Source: Corallococcus sp. AB011P
Lineage (GTDB): Bacteria > Myxococcota > Myxococcia > Myxococcales > Myxococcaceae
Direction of reading: 5' to 3'
Length of the DNA: 64,000 bases
Assembly: GCF_003611605.1 (NCBI RefSeq)
Contig: NZ_RAVX01000011.1
Span: forward strand, 132,811-196,810
Shown here: positions 36,048-46,500 of the stretch, piece after piece
Layout: each line of letters begins with the position of its first letter
Position numbering within the stretch: the first letter of the stretch is position 1
Made by a program: the position numbers and the translations under genes
The notes under the pieces: model-generated
The model's database searches: none
The model's input: only the letters and a program-made list of their open reading frames with translations
What the model was told of the DNA's origin: nothing

Positions 36048-37010
36048 ATGCGCGTCTCTTCCTGGCTGTCCGTCGTCACCCTCGCCGCCACCGTCTCCGC
36101 CTGCGAGCCGTTCCCCGACGATGCCCCCTCCATCCCCACCGAGGTGCAGTGGCCCGGCGAGGCCTTCTTTCCAGAGGGCATCGCGGCCTCGAAGGACGGC
36201 ACGCTCTACGCGGGCAGCCTGGGCACCGGCGCCATCGCGCGCGTCAAGCCGGGCTCGCTGGGGGCCGAGGTCTTCGTCCCGGGCCGGGCCTCATTCGGCG
36301 TCTACGGGCTCGAGGTGGATGAGGCCCACGACACGCTCTGGGCCTGCACCTACGACGACCTGCTGCTGCCCGCGCAGGCCTCGTACCTGAACGGGTATGC
36401 GCTCTCCACGGGTGCCCTGAAGGCCAGCCATGCCATGCCCAGCCAGGTCAGCTTCTGCAACGACGTCGCCGTCGATGCCACGGGCAACGTGTACGTGACG
36501 GACTCGTTCGGGAACGCGGTCTTCCGGCTGGCCGTGGGTGGGACGGCGCTCGACACGTGGTCCTCGGATGCCGCGTACGAGCCCTCCGAGCCGGGCCTCA
36601 TCACGCTCAACGGCATCGCCTACGACGGGGCGAACCGGCTCTACGTCGTGAAGAGCGACACGGGCGCGCTGTTCTCCATCGATATCCAGCCGGATGGCAG
36701 CGCGGCGGCGCCCGTGAACATCCCGGTGACGCCGGCGCTGGAGACGCCGGACGGGGTCGAGTGGGTGGATTCGGGCCGGCTGTTCGTCGTGGAGAACACG
36801 GTGGGGCGGGCTTCGCTGGTGACGCTGGGTGAAGGCGCTGGCGCGAAGGAGGTGCTCGCCAACGGCTTCGTGGAGCCGACCGCCGCCGCGATCACGAAGG
36901 ACGGCGCGTGGGTGCTGGAGTCGCAGATGGGGTTCTTCTTCGGCACGCCGGGGACCCCGGCACTGCCCTTCCGCGCGTACCGGGTCGCCGTCCCCCCTCT
37001 TCTGCCCTGA
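36048..37010 (+). CDS. Lipoprotein with an SMP-30/gluconolactonase/LRE-like beta-propeller
   Basis: RBS GAGGAAAG. Lipobox TVSAC. Propeller-type repeats (TGNVYVTDSFGNAVFRL, ANRLYVVKSDTGALFSI). Confidence 0.55.
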   Translation: MRVSSWLSVVTLAATVSACEPFPDDAPSIPTEVQWPGEAFFPEGIAASKDGTLYAGSLGTGAIARVKPGSLGAEVFVPGRASFGVYGLEVDEAHDTLWACTYDDLLLPAQASYLNGYALSTGALKASHAMPSQVSFCNDVAVDATGNVYVTDSFGNAVFRLAVGGTALDTWSSDAAYEPSEPGLITLNGIAYDGANRLYVVKSDTGALFSIDIQPDGSAAAPVNIPVTPALETPDGVEWVDSGRLFVVENTVGRASLVTLGEGAGAKEVLANGFVEPTAAAITKDGAWVLESQMGFFFGTPGTPALPFRAYRVAVPPLLP

Positions 37011-37040
37011 GCGCGAACAATCCTAGAGTCGCGTCCCACC

Positions 37041-39773
37041 ATGTCGGGATGTCCCTCCGAGGAAACGATTCTCGCCTTCGTGGAGGACCGCCTGCCGCAT
37101 GAGCAGCGCGTCCTCGCGGAGGCGCACCTGTCCCGCTGCGATTCCTGCGGGTCGCTGCTCGCGGCCGTCGCGGCGACGTGGCACGCGGAGGGCCGGCTCG
37201 CGGAAGCGGCTCCTGCACCCCGCTCGTTCGCTCCTGGGGAGCGGGTGGGGCCGTACGTCATCGTCGACCACGCGGGCAGTGGCGCGATGGGGGACGTGTA
37301 CCGGGCTCGCGATGGGCGGCTGGGACGGGACGTGGCCTTGAAGGTGCTCCCGCTCCGGTTCGCGCAGGACGCGGAGCGCCTGGCCCGTTTCCGACAGGAG
37401 GCCCGCGCGGCGGGGGCGCTGTCCCATCCCCACCTGCTCACGCTGTTCGACGTGGGGACCCACGAGGACGTGCCGTACCTCGTCACCGAGTGGCTGGAGG
37501 GGGGCACCCTGCGGGCGCGGCTGATGCGTGGGCCGCTGCCGCCGGAGCAGGCGCTGCGGCTGGGCATCCAGTTGTCACAGGGGCTCGCGGCCGCTCACGC
37601 GCGTGGCGTCATCCACCGCGACCTCAAGCCCGCGAACATCTTCCTGTGCTCGAACGGCAGCGCGCGGGTCCTCGACTTCGGGCTGGCCCGGCTCACCGAG
37701 CGCATCGAGGACGCCTCGCTCACCCAGAGCGGCGCGGTGGTGGGCACCGCCGGGTACATGGCTCCGGAGCAGATCCGCGGCCAGGGCGTGGATGCTCGCG
37801 CGGATGTGTTCTCGCTCGGCGCGGTGCTCTACGAGGCCGTGAGCGGCCGTGCTCCCTTTGGCGGTGACAGCCCGGTGGAGCGGATGAGCGCCGCGCTCCG
37901 CGATGCGCCTCCCGTGCTGCCGGGAGAGCTGGGGACGGTGATTGCTCGCTGTCTGGCGAAGGATCCAGGCGAACGGTTCCAGTCCGCGCAGGACCTGGCC
38001 TTCGCCCTGGAGTCCATCGCGGCTCGTGGTGCGCCCCTGGCCTTGCGGCGCGGAGTGTTCCCACGCCCAGCCCTGTGGGTGGCCACGGCGGCCGTGCTGC
38101 TGTCTGTCGTGGGTGGCTTCCTGGCGTTCGGACACAGGCCGGCGACTCCGGCGGTGCCAACGGCGCAGTCCTCACGCCCGACGTACCGCCCCGTCACGTT
38201 CCGCCGGGGCCACGTGCTCAACGCCCGGTTCTCCGCGGACGGACACACGTTGCTCTATGGCGCGGCGTGGGAGGGAGGACCCGCGGAGATCTACAGCGCG
38301 CGCACGGAGCGTCCGCTGTCACAACCGCTGGGGCAGCACGCGGATGTGCTCGCCGCGTCCTCGAAGGGGGAGCTGGCGGTGCTGCTCGAGCCCCGGTTCT
38401 TCGACGCTGAGCATGGCAGCGGGACGCTCGGCGTGATGCCGCTCGCGGGCGGCGCGCCCCGAGCCCTGCTCGATGGCGTGCTGGAGGCGGACTGGGGACG
38501 TGCGGATGGACCGCTCGCGGTGGTGCGCCGCGTGGGCGAGAACTTCCGGCTGGAGCAGCCCCCCGGCACGGTGCGCTTCGAATCCCAGGGATGGATCAGC
38601 CACGCACGCGTCTCCCCCGACGGAGCGCGGATCGCCTTCCTGTTCCATGCGCATCCCAAGGACGACCGGGGCGGGGTCTGGGTGCTGGAGAAGGACGGTC
38701 CGCCCCGCGAGCTTTCGTCGGACTGGGCGAGCATCCGGGGCCTGGCGTGGTCTCCCGATGGAAGCGAGGTGTGGTTCACCGCCTCGCGTACAGGCGCGGA
38801 CTCCGAGCTGTTCGCGGTCGACCTGCGCGGCACGACGCGGCCGGTGGATCGGATCGCCGGGCGGATGGTGCTGCATGACATCTCCCAGGACGGCTCCGTC
38901 CTGGTGGATCACCCGGTGATCCGCACGGGGCTGGCGTTCGGGCACGCGGGCACGGAGCGGGACCTGACGTGGTCGGACTCGTCGTTCATGACGGACATGT
39001 CCCGCGATGGCCGGACCTTCCTCTTCACCGAGGGCGCGGAGGTGGAGGGCCCCACCTACGGCGCCTATCTGCGCACCTCCGATGGCGCCCCACCGATCCG
39101 CCTGGGCGACGGCATCCCCATGGCGCTGTCTCCGGACGGCAAGCAGGTGCTGCTGGTGCGCTACGGCGAACAGATGGAGTTCCTGCTGCTGCCCACGGGC
39201 GCGGGCGAGCCTCGGTCGCTGTCGCTCGCTCCTGTCACCACGGTGCTCACGGCGCGCTGGTTCCCGGATGGGAAGCGGTTGCTCCTGCGCGCGCACGAAG
39301 AGGGACGTCCTGCCCGGCTCTGGGTCTTCGAACCCGGCGCCGGAGCCCCCAGGCCCATCACGGAGGAAGGCACGGGCTTCCACACGGTCATCTCACCCGA
39401 TGGCCTCCGCCTCGCGACCGTGGACGCGGAGGGAAGCCTCCGCCTGTTCTCCCAGACGGGTGAGGCGCAAGGCACCGTCCCCGGCCGGTTCACGGCTCAA
39501 TGGGTGGCGGGCTGGGACGCGAGCGGAACGGCGCTCTATCTGCGAAGCGTCTCGCTCCCGGTGCGCGTCTCCAGGGTCGACGTGAGAACCGGCGTAAGCA
39601 CACCGCACCTGACCCTTCCAGCGGGAGGCATCAAGCCGGGCCTCATCTCCGTGATGACGCTGGCGATCTCCGAGGACGGAAGGTCCTACGCATACAGCTA
39701 CAACGAAGCGCTTTCGCGGCTGTTCCTGGTGGAGGGACTGGCGCAAGCCCGGTCTGCCCCGGAGCGGCACTGA
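37041..39773 (+). CDS. Ser/Thr protein kinase with an N-terminal zf-HC2 anti-sigma-like domain, a TM segment and a C-terminal TolB/WD40-like beta-propeller
   Basis: zf-HC2 (HEQRVLAEAHLSRCDSCGSL). Kinase motifs (GAMGDVY, VALKVL, HRDLKPANIFL, DFGLA, APE). A hydrophobic helix about aa 345-365. Repeated propeller blades. Confidence 0.8.
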   Translation: MSGCPSEETILAFVEDRLPHEQRVLAEAHLSRCDSCGSLLAAVAATWHAEGRLAEAAPAPRSFAPGERVGPYVIVDHAGSGAMGDVYRARDGRLGRDVALKVLPLRFAQDAERLARFRQEARAAGALSHPHLLTLFDVGTHEDVPYLVTEWLEGGTLRARLMRGPLPPEQALRLGIQLSQGLAAAHARGVIHRDLKPANIFLCSNGSARVLDFGLARLTERIEDASLTQSGAVVGTAGYMAPEQIRGQGVDARADVFSLGAVLYEAVSGRAPFGGDSPVERMSAALRDAPPVLPGELGTVIARCLAKDPGERFQSAQDLAFALESIAARGAPLALRRGVFPRPALWVATAAVLLSVVGGFLAFGHRPATPAVPTAQSSRPTYRPVTFRRGHVLNARFSADGHTLLYGAAWEGGPAEIYSARTERPLSQPLGQHADVLAASSKGELAVLLEPRFFDAEHGSGTLGVMPLAGGAPRALLDGVLEADWGRADGPLAVVRRVGENFRLEQPPGTVRFESQGWISHARVSPDGARIAFLFHAHPKDDRGGVWVLEKDGPPRELSSDWASIRGLAWSPDGSEVWFTASRTGADSELFAVDLRGTTRPVDRIAGRMVLHDISQDGSVLVDHPVIRTGLAFGHAGTERDLTWSDSSFMTDMSRDGRTFLFTEGAEVEGPTYGAYLRTSDGAPPIRLGDGIPMALSPDGKQVLLVRYGEQMEFLLLPTGAGEPRSLSLAPVTTVLTARWFPDGKRLLLRAHEEGRPARLWVFEPGAGAPRPITEEGTGFHTVISPDGLRLATVDAEGSLRLFSQTGEAQGTVPGRFTAQWVAGWDASGTALYLRSVSLPVRVSRVDVRTGVSTPHLTLPAGGIKPGLISVMTLAISEDGRSYAYSYNEALSRLFLVEGLAQARSAPERH

Positions 39774-39783
39774 ACACATCCGA

Positions 39784-39827
39784 GAACCGCGCCGCTCCGG
39801 ACCGTGCCGAGCCGGGCCGCGCGGTTC
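39784..39827. terminator. Candidate bidirectional terminator hairpin GAACCGCGC...GCGCGGTTC between the convergent kinase and sodB genes
   Basis: 9-bp perfect inverted repeat with a 26-nt loop that itself contains CCGG pairs. No clear U-tract. Confidence 0.3.
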
Positions 39828-39845
39828 CCGTCACTTCACTTCACG

Positions 39846-40430
39846 TCAGGCGTTCTTCAGGTTCTCGTTCACGAAGTCCCAGTTCACGAGGCTGTTGAGG
39901 AAGACCTCGACGAACTTGGCGCGCAGGTTGCGGTAGTCGATGTAGTAGGCGTGCTCCCAGACGTCGACGGTGAGCAGGGCCTTCTTGCCGTGCTTCATCG
40001 GCAGGTCCGCGTTGGACGTCTTCATGATGGCCAGCTTGTTGCCGTCCTTCACCAGCCAGGCCCAGCCGGAGCCGAACTGCGTGATGGCGGCCTCGGTGAA
40101 CTGCCTCTTGAACTCGTCGTAGGAGCCGAAGTCGCGGTCGATGGCGGCCGCGATGTCACCCGTCGGCTTGCCACCGCCGGCCGGCTTCATGCAGTTCCAG
40201 AAGAAGGTGTGGTTCCACACCTGGGCCGCGTTGTTGAACACGGGGCCGTCGCTGCTGAGGATGACGTCCTCCAGCGACTTGGTGGCCTCGGTCTTGCCCG
40301 CGGTCAGCTCGTTGAGCTTGTTGACGTAGGCCGCGTGGTGCTTGTCGTGGTGGAACTCCAACGTCTCCTGGCTCATGTGAGGGGCCAGCGCGTCCTTCTT
40401 GTACGGGAGCTCGGGCAGCGTGAAGGGCAT
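39846..40430 (-). CDS. sodB: Iron superoxide dismutase
   Basis: Near-collinear with E. coli SodB (LPYAKDALAPH, NNAAQVWNHTF, DVWEHAYYIDYRN). Confidence 0.85.
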   Translation of the reverse strand: MPFTLPELPYKKDALAPHMSQETLEFHHDKHHAAYVNKLNELTAGKTEATKSLEDVILSSDGPVFNNAAQVWNHTFFWNCMKPAGGGKPTGDIAAAIDRDFGSYDEFKRQFTEAAITQFGSGWAWLVKDGNKLAIMKTSNADLPMKHGKKALLTVDVWEHAYYIDYRNLRAKFVEVFLNSLVNWDFVNENLKNA

Positions 40431-40475
40431 CGGGTGCGTCCTTTCCGGGTTCAGTGAGATTCGGCTACTCGTTCG

Positions 40476-40976
40476 CTACTTCGGGGCGGGCCCTGGCTCC
40501 GGGTGCGCTGTCAGCGCGCGATACGCCCGGTTCCAGTAGAGCAACGGTTCTCCGTCCACTCCCCGCTGGATGCGCTCCACACGGCCCACCAGCAACAGGT
40601 GATCGCCGTAACGGTGCACATCCAACAGAGCGCACGCCAGACCCACCAGGCTGTCCTGCACGAAGACGCCTTCGTCGAACATCCGGCCTTCGGCCTCCCC
40701 CGTCGCGCAGCGGACCGACACGTCGCGTTGGATGGTGGACAGCACGCTCACACTGAAGCGGCGGGCGGCCTCCACGCGCTTGAGCGTGCGGGAGGACTGC
40801 TGCAGCGCCAGGACGATGAGCGGAGGCGTCAGGGAGAGGGAGCTGAAGGAGCTGACCGTCGTCGCCGCGATCCCGTCCGCGTCACGGACGGAGACCACCG
40901 CCACCCCGCTCGCCCACCGGGACATCGCCTCCCGGAAGTCCAGGGCCGACACCCCTTCAGTACCGCTCTGAGTCAT
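40476..40976 (-). CDS. Flavin reductase-like (NAD(P)H:flavin oxidoreductase) domain protein
   Basis: Flavin_Reduct pattern (FREAMSRWASGVAVVS...TVSSFSSLSLTPPLI). Confidence 0.7.
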   Translation of the reverse strand: MTQSGTEGVSALDFREAMSRWASGVAVVSVRDADGIAATTVSSFSSLSLTPPLIVLALQQSSRTLKRVEAARRFSVSVLSTIQRDVSVRCATGEAEGRMFDEGVFVQDSLVGLACALLDVHRYGDHLLLVGRVERIQRGVDGEPLLYWNRAYRALTAHPEPGPAPK

Positions 40977-41073
40977 GTGCCGGTCTCTACCACCCGCCCC
41001 GCCACCCGGTCAGCACTTCCTCCAATCCATTGGCGGAATACCAACGCAGTGGCACTGCCCTCCAGGCCCGTCC

Positions 41074-43470
41074 ATGGCCGGATCCACCCGCCCTCCGTAT
41101 GCTGGCCGGCTGGAGGCGCCCATGGATCCGTTGTGGGGGGAGACGCTGAGGCGTCTGGATGCGCTGCTCGTCCAGGTGTGTGACCTGGAGGAGGCCCGCG
41201 CGTCGAAGCTCCGGGGGGAACAGGAAGCGGGCTGGGATGCCGTGCGCACCACCGTGCGCCCCTCCACCGCGGAGCTCGCCTTCAGCTCGGCGCTCGCGGA
41301 GACACCGCTCCTGGGGACTTCGCCTCCCCTTCCCTTCGCCCGCCTGCGGGCTTCGCTTCGCGTGGACACCGTGGAGGAGGAGGCGTTGCTGCTCCTGCTC
41401 GCGACGTGGCTGGAGCCTCGGTATTCGCGCCTGTTCGCCGTGCTCCAGGACGAGACCGCGCAGGGCTGGAACGTGGAGCGGTTGCTGCTCACCGTCCTGG
41501 GACGTACGCCTGCTCGCGCGCAGCGGTTGCTGGCGTCACTGACCGACAGCGGCCTCCTGGTGGGCGGTGGATTGTTGCAGACGGGCGCCGGTGCTTTTCC
41601 TCCCATGCTCCGGCCCGTGGACCTGGCTCCGGAGGTCCGCGAGGCCCTGCTGGAGTTGCCCCGTCCGTCCGTGATGGGTGAGCTTTCTTTGGAATGGCAT
41701 GGACCGGAGGTGCTGCCTTCCTCCTCGCGCGGGACATTCGCCGTCGTGCATGGCGAGGGCGAACGGCTGGGCGTGGCGCTGGGACTCGCTGGCGAAGCCG
41801 GTGTGCCGCTGGTCGTCGCTCGTTGGGCGGGGGCTCCAGAGCCGGTTCCCATGGCCCGGGCCCTTTGGCGTCTGGCGTCCGTGCGCGGCGCGCTGTTGGC
41901 CGTGGACATGTCCGGTGCTGAGCCGGGGCTGGCTCTCTCCGTCACGGAGACGCTGTCCGGGCTGTGCCAGCGGTTTGGCGGGCAGGCCCTGGTGCTCGCG
42001 GACTCCGCGCAGCCTGTCGCCGTGCCGCACCATGAGGCTCCCGCTCTGGGCTTCGTGCAGCGGCGGACCCTGTGGATGGAGGAGGCCCGGGCTCGGGGAC
42101 TGTCATTGACGGAGGCGGAGGCGGGACGGCTGGCGTCTGGCTTTCGGGGCGGGCTTCAGGAGATCCGCCGCGTGTTCGACTCGGCTCCGGGCGGGGGTGC
42201 GGAGGCGCTTCGTGCCGCTGGCTCGCGGCTCGTCCAGGTGCCCTTGCGACATGGCTACCGGCTGGAGGCGTCGCGGACGTTCGCGGAGCTCGTGGTGCGT
42301 GACACCACTCGCGCGGCCTTGGAGCGTTTGCTGTTCTACGTGGCGCAGCGCGACCGCGTCGCCGAGGAGCGGGGCCTGTCTCGCCGCTTCCGGCTGCACA
42401 CCGGCCCGGTGGCGCTGTTCTCCGGACGCTCCGGCACCGGCAAGACCCTGGCCGCGGAGGTCATCGCCCATGCGGTGGGCCGGCCGCTGTACGTCATCGA
42501 CCTGTCCCGGCTCGTCAGCAAGTACGTGGGCGAGACGGAGAAGAACATCGACGAGGTGCTGTCCCACGGCGAGCGCTCCGGCGCCGTGCTGTTCTTCGAC
42601 GAGGCGGACTCGCTGTTCTCCGCGCGCACGGAGGTCAGCAACGCCAATGATCGCTTCGCCAACCTGGAGGTCGGCTTCCTCCTCCAGCGCATCGAACGCC
42701 ATGACGGGCTGATCATCCTCGCCACCAATCTTCAGACGGCCATCGACGAAGCGTTCCTGCGCCGCTTCCACGCGCGCATCGAGTTCCCCTTCCCCGAGGT
42801 CGAGGAGCGCCGCCGCATCTGGGAGCTGATGCTTCCGGAGGGCGTTCCTCGCTTGGGGACGCTCGACCTGGCGGGCCTGGCGCAGCGGCATCGGCTGGCG
42901 GGCGGTGACATCCGCAACGCCGCGCTCAAGGCCATCTTCCTCGCGGAACAGGCCGGTGCCCCGCTGGCCCAGGAGCACCTGGAGCGCGCCGTCGCGCTGG
43001 AGTTGTATGAGCTGGGCCGGCTCTCGCGGCGTCCGGAGGCGGATGCTCCCTCGGATGCGGGCACACGCTTGCGGCGCGTGGCGGAAGTGTTCCAGGAGGC
43101 ACTGGATTCGCAGCTCAGACAACACTTCCTCAAGGAGGTCCACATCCTCCACGGCTCTCCCACCCGGGAGGCGCTCGCGGGGAAGCGGCCCGCTGTGTCG
43201 CTCGCGCTCTACCGGCTGGCGGTCACCCAGAACGGTGCGCTGCGGCTGGGGCTCATCGTCTCCGCGTGGTCCCACCGCGCGGAGGAGGAACATGAGCTGC
43301 TCGGCGTGCTGCATGGGCTGCTCTCACGTGGACTCCCGCACGAGCTGGATGGTCGCAAGCTCACACCTCGCGTCCAGGAGAGTTATGACTTCGACCTGCT
43401 CCACCGCTTCTGGAGCAGTCATGGACATCCCATCCGGGCCTCGCTGGTCCTCGATGTGGAGATGACCTAG
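41074..43470 (+). CDS. AAA+ ATPase with a large N-terminal domain and a C-terminal classic AAA module (Afp15/Pvc15-like by architecture)
   Basis: Walker A GRSGTGKT, Walker B VLFFDEAD, sensor/arginine finger region (ILATNLQTAIDEAFLRRFHARIEF). A start at 41074 or 41122 is equally plausible. Confidence 0.75.
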   Translation: MAGSTRPPYAGRLEAPMDPLWGETLRRLDALLVQVCDLEEARASKLRGEQEAGWDAVRTTVRPSTAELAFSSALAETPLLGTSPPLPFARLRASLRVDTVEEEALLLLLATWLEPRYSRLFAVLQDETAQGWNVERLLLTVLGRTPARAQRLLASLTDSGLLVGGGLLQTGAGAFPPMLRPVDLAPEVREALLELPRPSVMGELSLEWHGPEVLPSSSRGTFAVVHGEGERLGVALGLAGEAGVPLVVARWAGAPEPVPMARALWRLASVRGALLAVDMSGAEPGLALSVTETLSGLCQRFGGQALVLADSAQPVAVPHHEAPALGFVQRRTLWMEEARARGLSLTEAEAGRLASGFRGGLQEIRRVFDSAPGGGAEALRAAGSRLVQVPLRHGYRLEASRTFAELVVRDTTRAALERLLFYVAQRDRVAEERGLSRRFRLHTGPVALFSGRSGTGKTLAAEVIAHAVGRPLYVIDLSRLVSKYVGETEKNIDEVLSHGERSGAVLFFDEADSLFSARTEVSNANDRFANLEVGFLLQRIERHDGLIILATNLQTAIDEAFLRRFHARIEFPFPEVEERRRIWELMLPEGVPRLGTLDLAGLAQRHRLAGGDIRNAALKAIFLAEQAGAPLAQEHLERAVALELYELGRLSRRPEADAPSDAGTRLRRVAEVFQEALDSQLRQHFLKEVHILHGSPTREALAGKRPAVSLALYRLAVTQNGALRLGLIVSAWSHRAEEEHELLGVLHGLLSRGLPHELDGRKLTPRVQESYDFDLLHRFWSSHGHPIRASLVLDVEMT

Positions 43471-43501
43471 CGTCCCTAGCACTGATGGTGCGGGGGGGAC
43501 C

Positions 43502-46500
43502 GTGCGCATCCGTGACCAGGGCCCGAAGGCCTCCGCCAAGGCCATGCTCCGGAAGAGCTCCGGGCGCACTCCCTCGTCCTCCGCGGCCCTTCCCCGTGCA
43601 CCGGGTGTCGTTCCCCGGGGCCCCTCCTCGTCCAATCCCGCACGTGAGCTGGCGGCACGGCTCGCGTCACTGAAGGGCGCGGCGCCTGCCCTCCATGGGC
43701 CCGTGCTTCGCGATGCCGCGCGCGACCTGGAGCGCCGCTGGAGCGACCCGGCGTGGCGCACGCTGGGCGGTCCGCGCTCGCACCTCTTCGAGCCGTGCCC
43801 GGTCCACCCGCCGGAGGTCGCGCTGCTCTCCACGCCCGGCGCCATCGAGGCGGAGCTGGGCATCCACGGACTCTCACCCCAGCCGAACACCGGGCTCGCG
43901 CAGGCGGCTGGCGCGTCCCAGCCCGCGACCCTCGCGCAGCAGGAGGAGGACGCTCGACGGCGTGATGCGGCACGCATGGCCGTCCTGCCTCCGGGCTCCG
44001 CTGAACAGCTCGGAGACACCGCCGCTCGGCTCGCCGAGGCCCGTGCTTCAGACCTCGCACCCGCTGCGGACACTGAAGAGGCGGAAGCGGCGGGACTTGG
44101 GGGCAGCACTTCTCCTGCGCCCGAGGACATCGCGGCGACCACCGTCGATGCGCCCAGCGCGGGCGGCGAACTGGCAACGCCGGATCAAGCTCCCGCGCCC
44201 GCATCCATCCCCACGGGGACGGCTCCCGGCGGCATGGACGACGCCGCGCGCATCGACACGCTGGTGACCGCACTGTCCAGCGAGGGCGATGTCCACATCG
44301 TCGTCCGTCAGGCATCCCCTGGCACAGGGCCCCGGGAGCCTCCTTCCATCCAGACGGATGCCACGGTCGACACGGGCCTCCCCGAAGCGCGCCCGATGGT
44401 GCCCGCACCTCCGGCCGAGATGGACTGGCAGAAGCAACTGGCCGCGGCCCACGCGCAGGGCGTCCAGGGCATCAAGCACGGTCTCGAAACCGCGCCGGAT
44501 CCAACGGGCGCCGTTGCGGCGGTGGAGCCCCCTGCCCGCCTTCCCGCTCCGCCTCCTGCTCCGGCCGCACCTGTCACGGCAGGGCCCATCCCCACTGCCC
44601 CGGTGATGGGCACGGACGCGGATCCGGTCGCCGCATGGAAGGGCCGCATCGCCAGCAGCACTGCGCGGGTCCCGGAGCCCCAGCTTCCTCCGGCGCCCCG
44701 CTACACGTTCAAGATCATCCAGGCCGCCGTGGACCCCAACGCGGTCCGCGCCGCGCGCCTCAAGCAACTGGAGGACGAAGGCAAGAAGGCCATCACCCCG
44801 GCGAAGCAGCCGAAGGACCTTCCGACCATCCCGGACGACCCCACCGGCAAGGCCTCCTCCCTGGTGGATGCGAAGTGCGAACGGAAGCTGGAGGTCAAGG
44901 ACGCCAGGCTCCCCGACCTGCTGAAGAGCCCGCTGGGCCATGTGCCGGAGATTGGCGCGCAGCTCATGCGCGACGACGGCGGGCACACGCTCATCAAGGG
45001 CCCGCTCGGCGACATCGTCTACAAGCCCGGCGGCCCCAAGCCCACCGACCCGGAGAAGCTCAAGGACTGGACGCGCCTCCAGAAGAAGATCACCGCCGAG
45101 GCCGACAAGCAGAAGAAGGCGAAGGTCCAGCCCAAGGAACCCGCGAAGGGCATCACCGTCCTCGAACAGGCCGCTCCCGCGCCCATCAACGTCCCCGACT
45201 TCGCTCGCGTGGACATTGGCGACGTGCTGGCGCGGCTGCTCGCCGCTCCGGACAAGTACGCGGACGCCTCCGTCCAGAAGGCCCGCGAGGCCTATGTCCC
45301 GGGCGGCCTGGATGCGTCCTGGGGCGTGCCGCTCATCGCCGCTGAACGGCCCATCTTCGCCGCGGAGCTCCAGCGCGTCGCGGACGCCGCGCAGATCAAG
45401 AAGGCGGACCTGGACGCGAAGGTGGAGGCCCGCCGCAAGCAACTGGTGGACTCGCACGCCGCCACCACCGGCTCGCTCAGCAAGGCCCACGAGGAGGCGA
45501 AGAAGAGTCTGGAGGAGGGCGGCAAGTCCTTCGCCGACGCCCTGTCGCGCATGCGCGCCTCGCTCGACGCGCAGTCCGAGGCCAAGGCCGCCGCCATCAA
45601 GGGCGGCGTCGACCTGACCGAGGCCCGACGCAAGCGCGACGCGCTCATCGCGGCCGTGGACACCAAGGTGAGCAACTGGGTCGTCCGGTACGACCAGAAC
45701 GGCAAGCGCTTCAAGGAAGCCTTCGCGAAGGCCGCGACCGACCAGATGCACGCCTACGAGCTCGCCGCGCTCCAGGACGAGTGGGAGCTCAAGAAGGACG
45801 CCGGCGATGATCCGGTGAAGCTCAAGGCGGCCACGGAGGCGTACCGCCCCACCAAGAAGTGGCTGGACGACCGCCGCAAGGAGATTGGCGCTGTCGTCGC
45901 GAAGGCGAAGCGCGACATCGACCAGAGCGTGGAGCGCTACCAGCAGGAGCTGCGCGACGCCGGCAAGGAGGCCCGGGAGGTCATCCGCGACTGGCATGCG
46001 AAGCAGATCGGCTACGAGCGCGGATTCTGGGACCGGCTGCTCGGGTGGATCATCGACTGGCTGGACGTCGCCCACGACGAGAGCCGCGCGTGGGAGGCCG
46101 CTCGCGCGGCGGAGAACAAGACGTCGTTGGATCAGAACATGCTGTTCCTCGCGGAGGTGCGCCTGCGCCAGGGCGAGGAGCTGGACGCGGAGACCATCAA
46201 GGGCAACCACGCTCTCAGCGAGGAGCAGCAGGCCATCCTGCTCTCCTACTACGGCAAGGGTGGCAAGGACGCGGTGCAGGCGCTCGCGGAGGGCCTTGCC
46301 GTGCGCATCATCGGCCAGCGCCGCAAGCCGCTGATGGAGGCCCTGGAGAAGGAGCTGCTCGCGTCCACCGACCTGGAGCGGTTGAAGGTCGTCGTCGACC
46401 AGCAGGAGCCCCTCTTCAGCAACCGCGCCCGCAACATCTCCCTCAAGGTCTGGGAGGGCGTGGACCAGTGGGGCACGGACGAGAAGAAGATCTTCGACGC

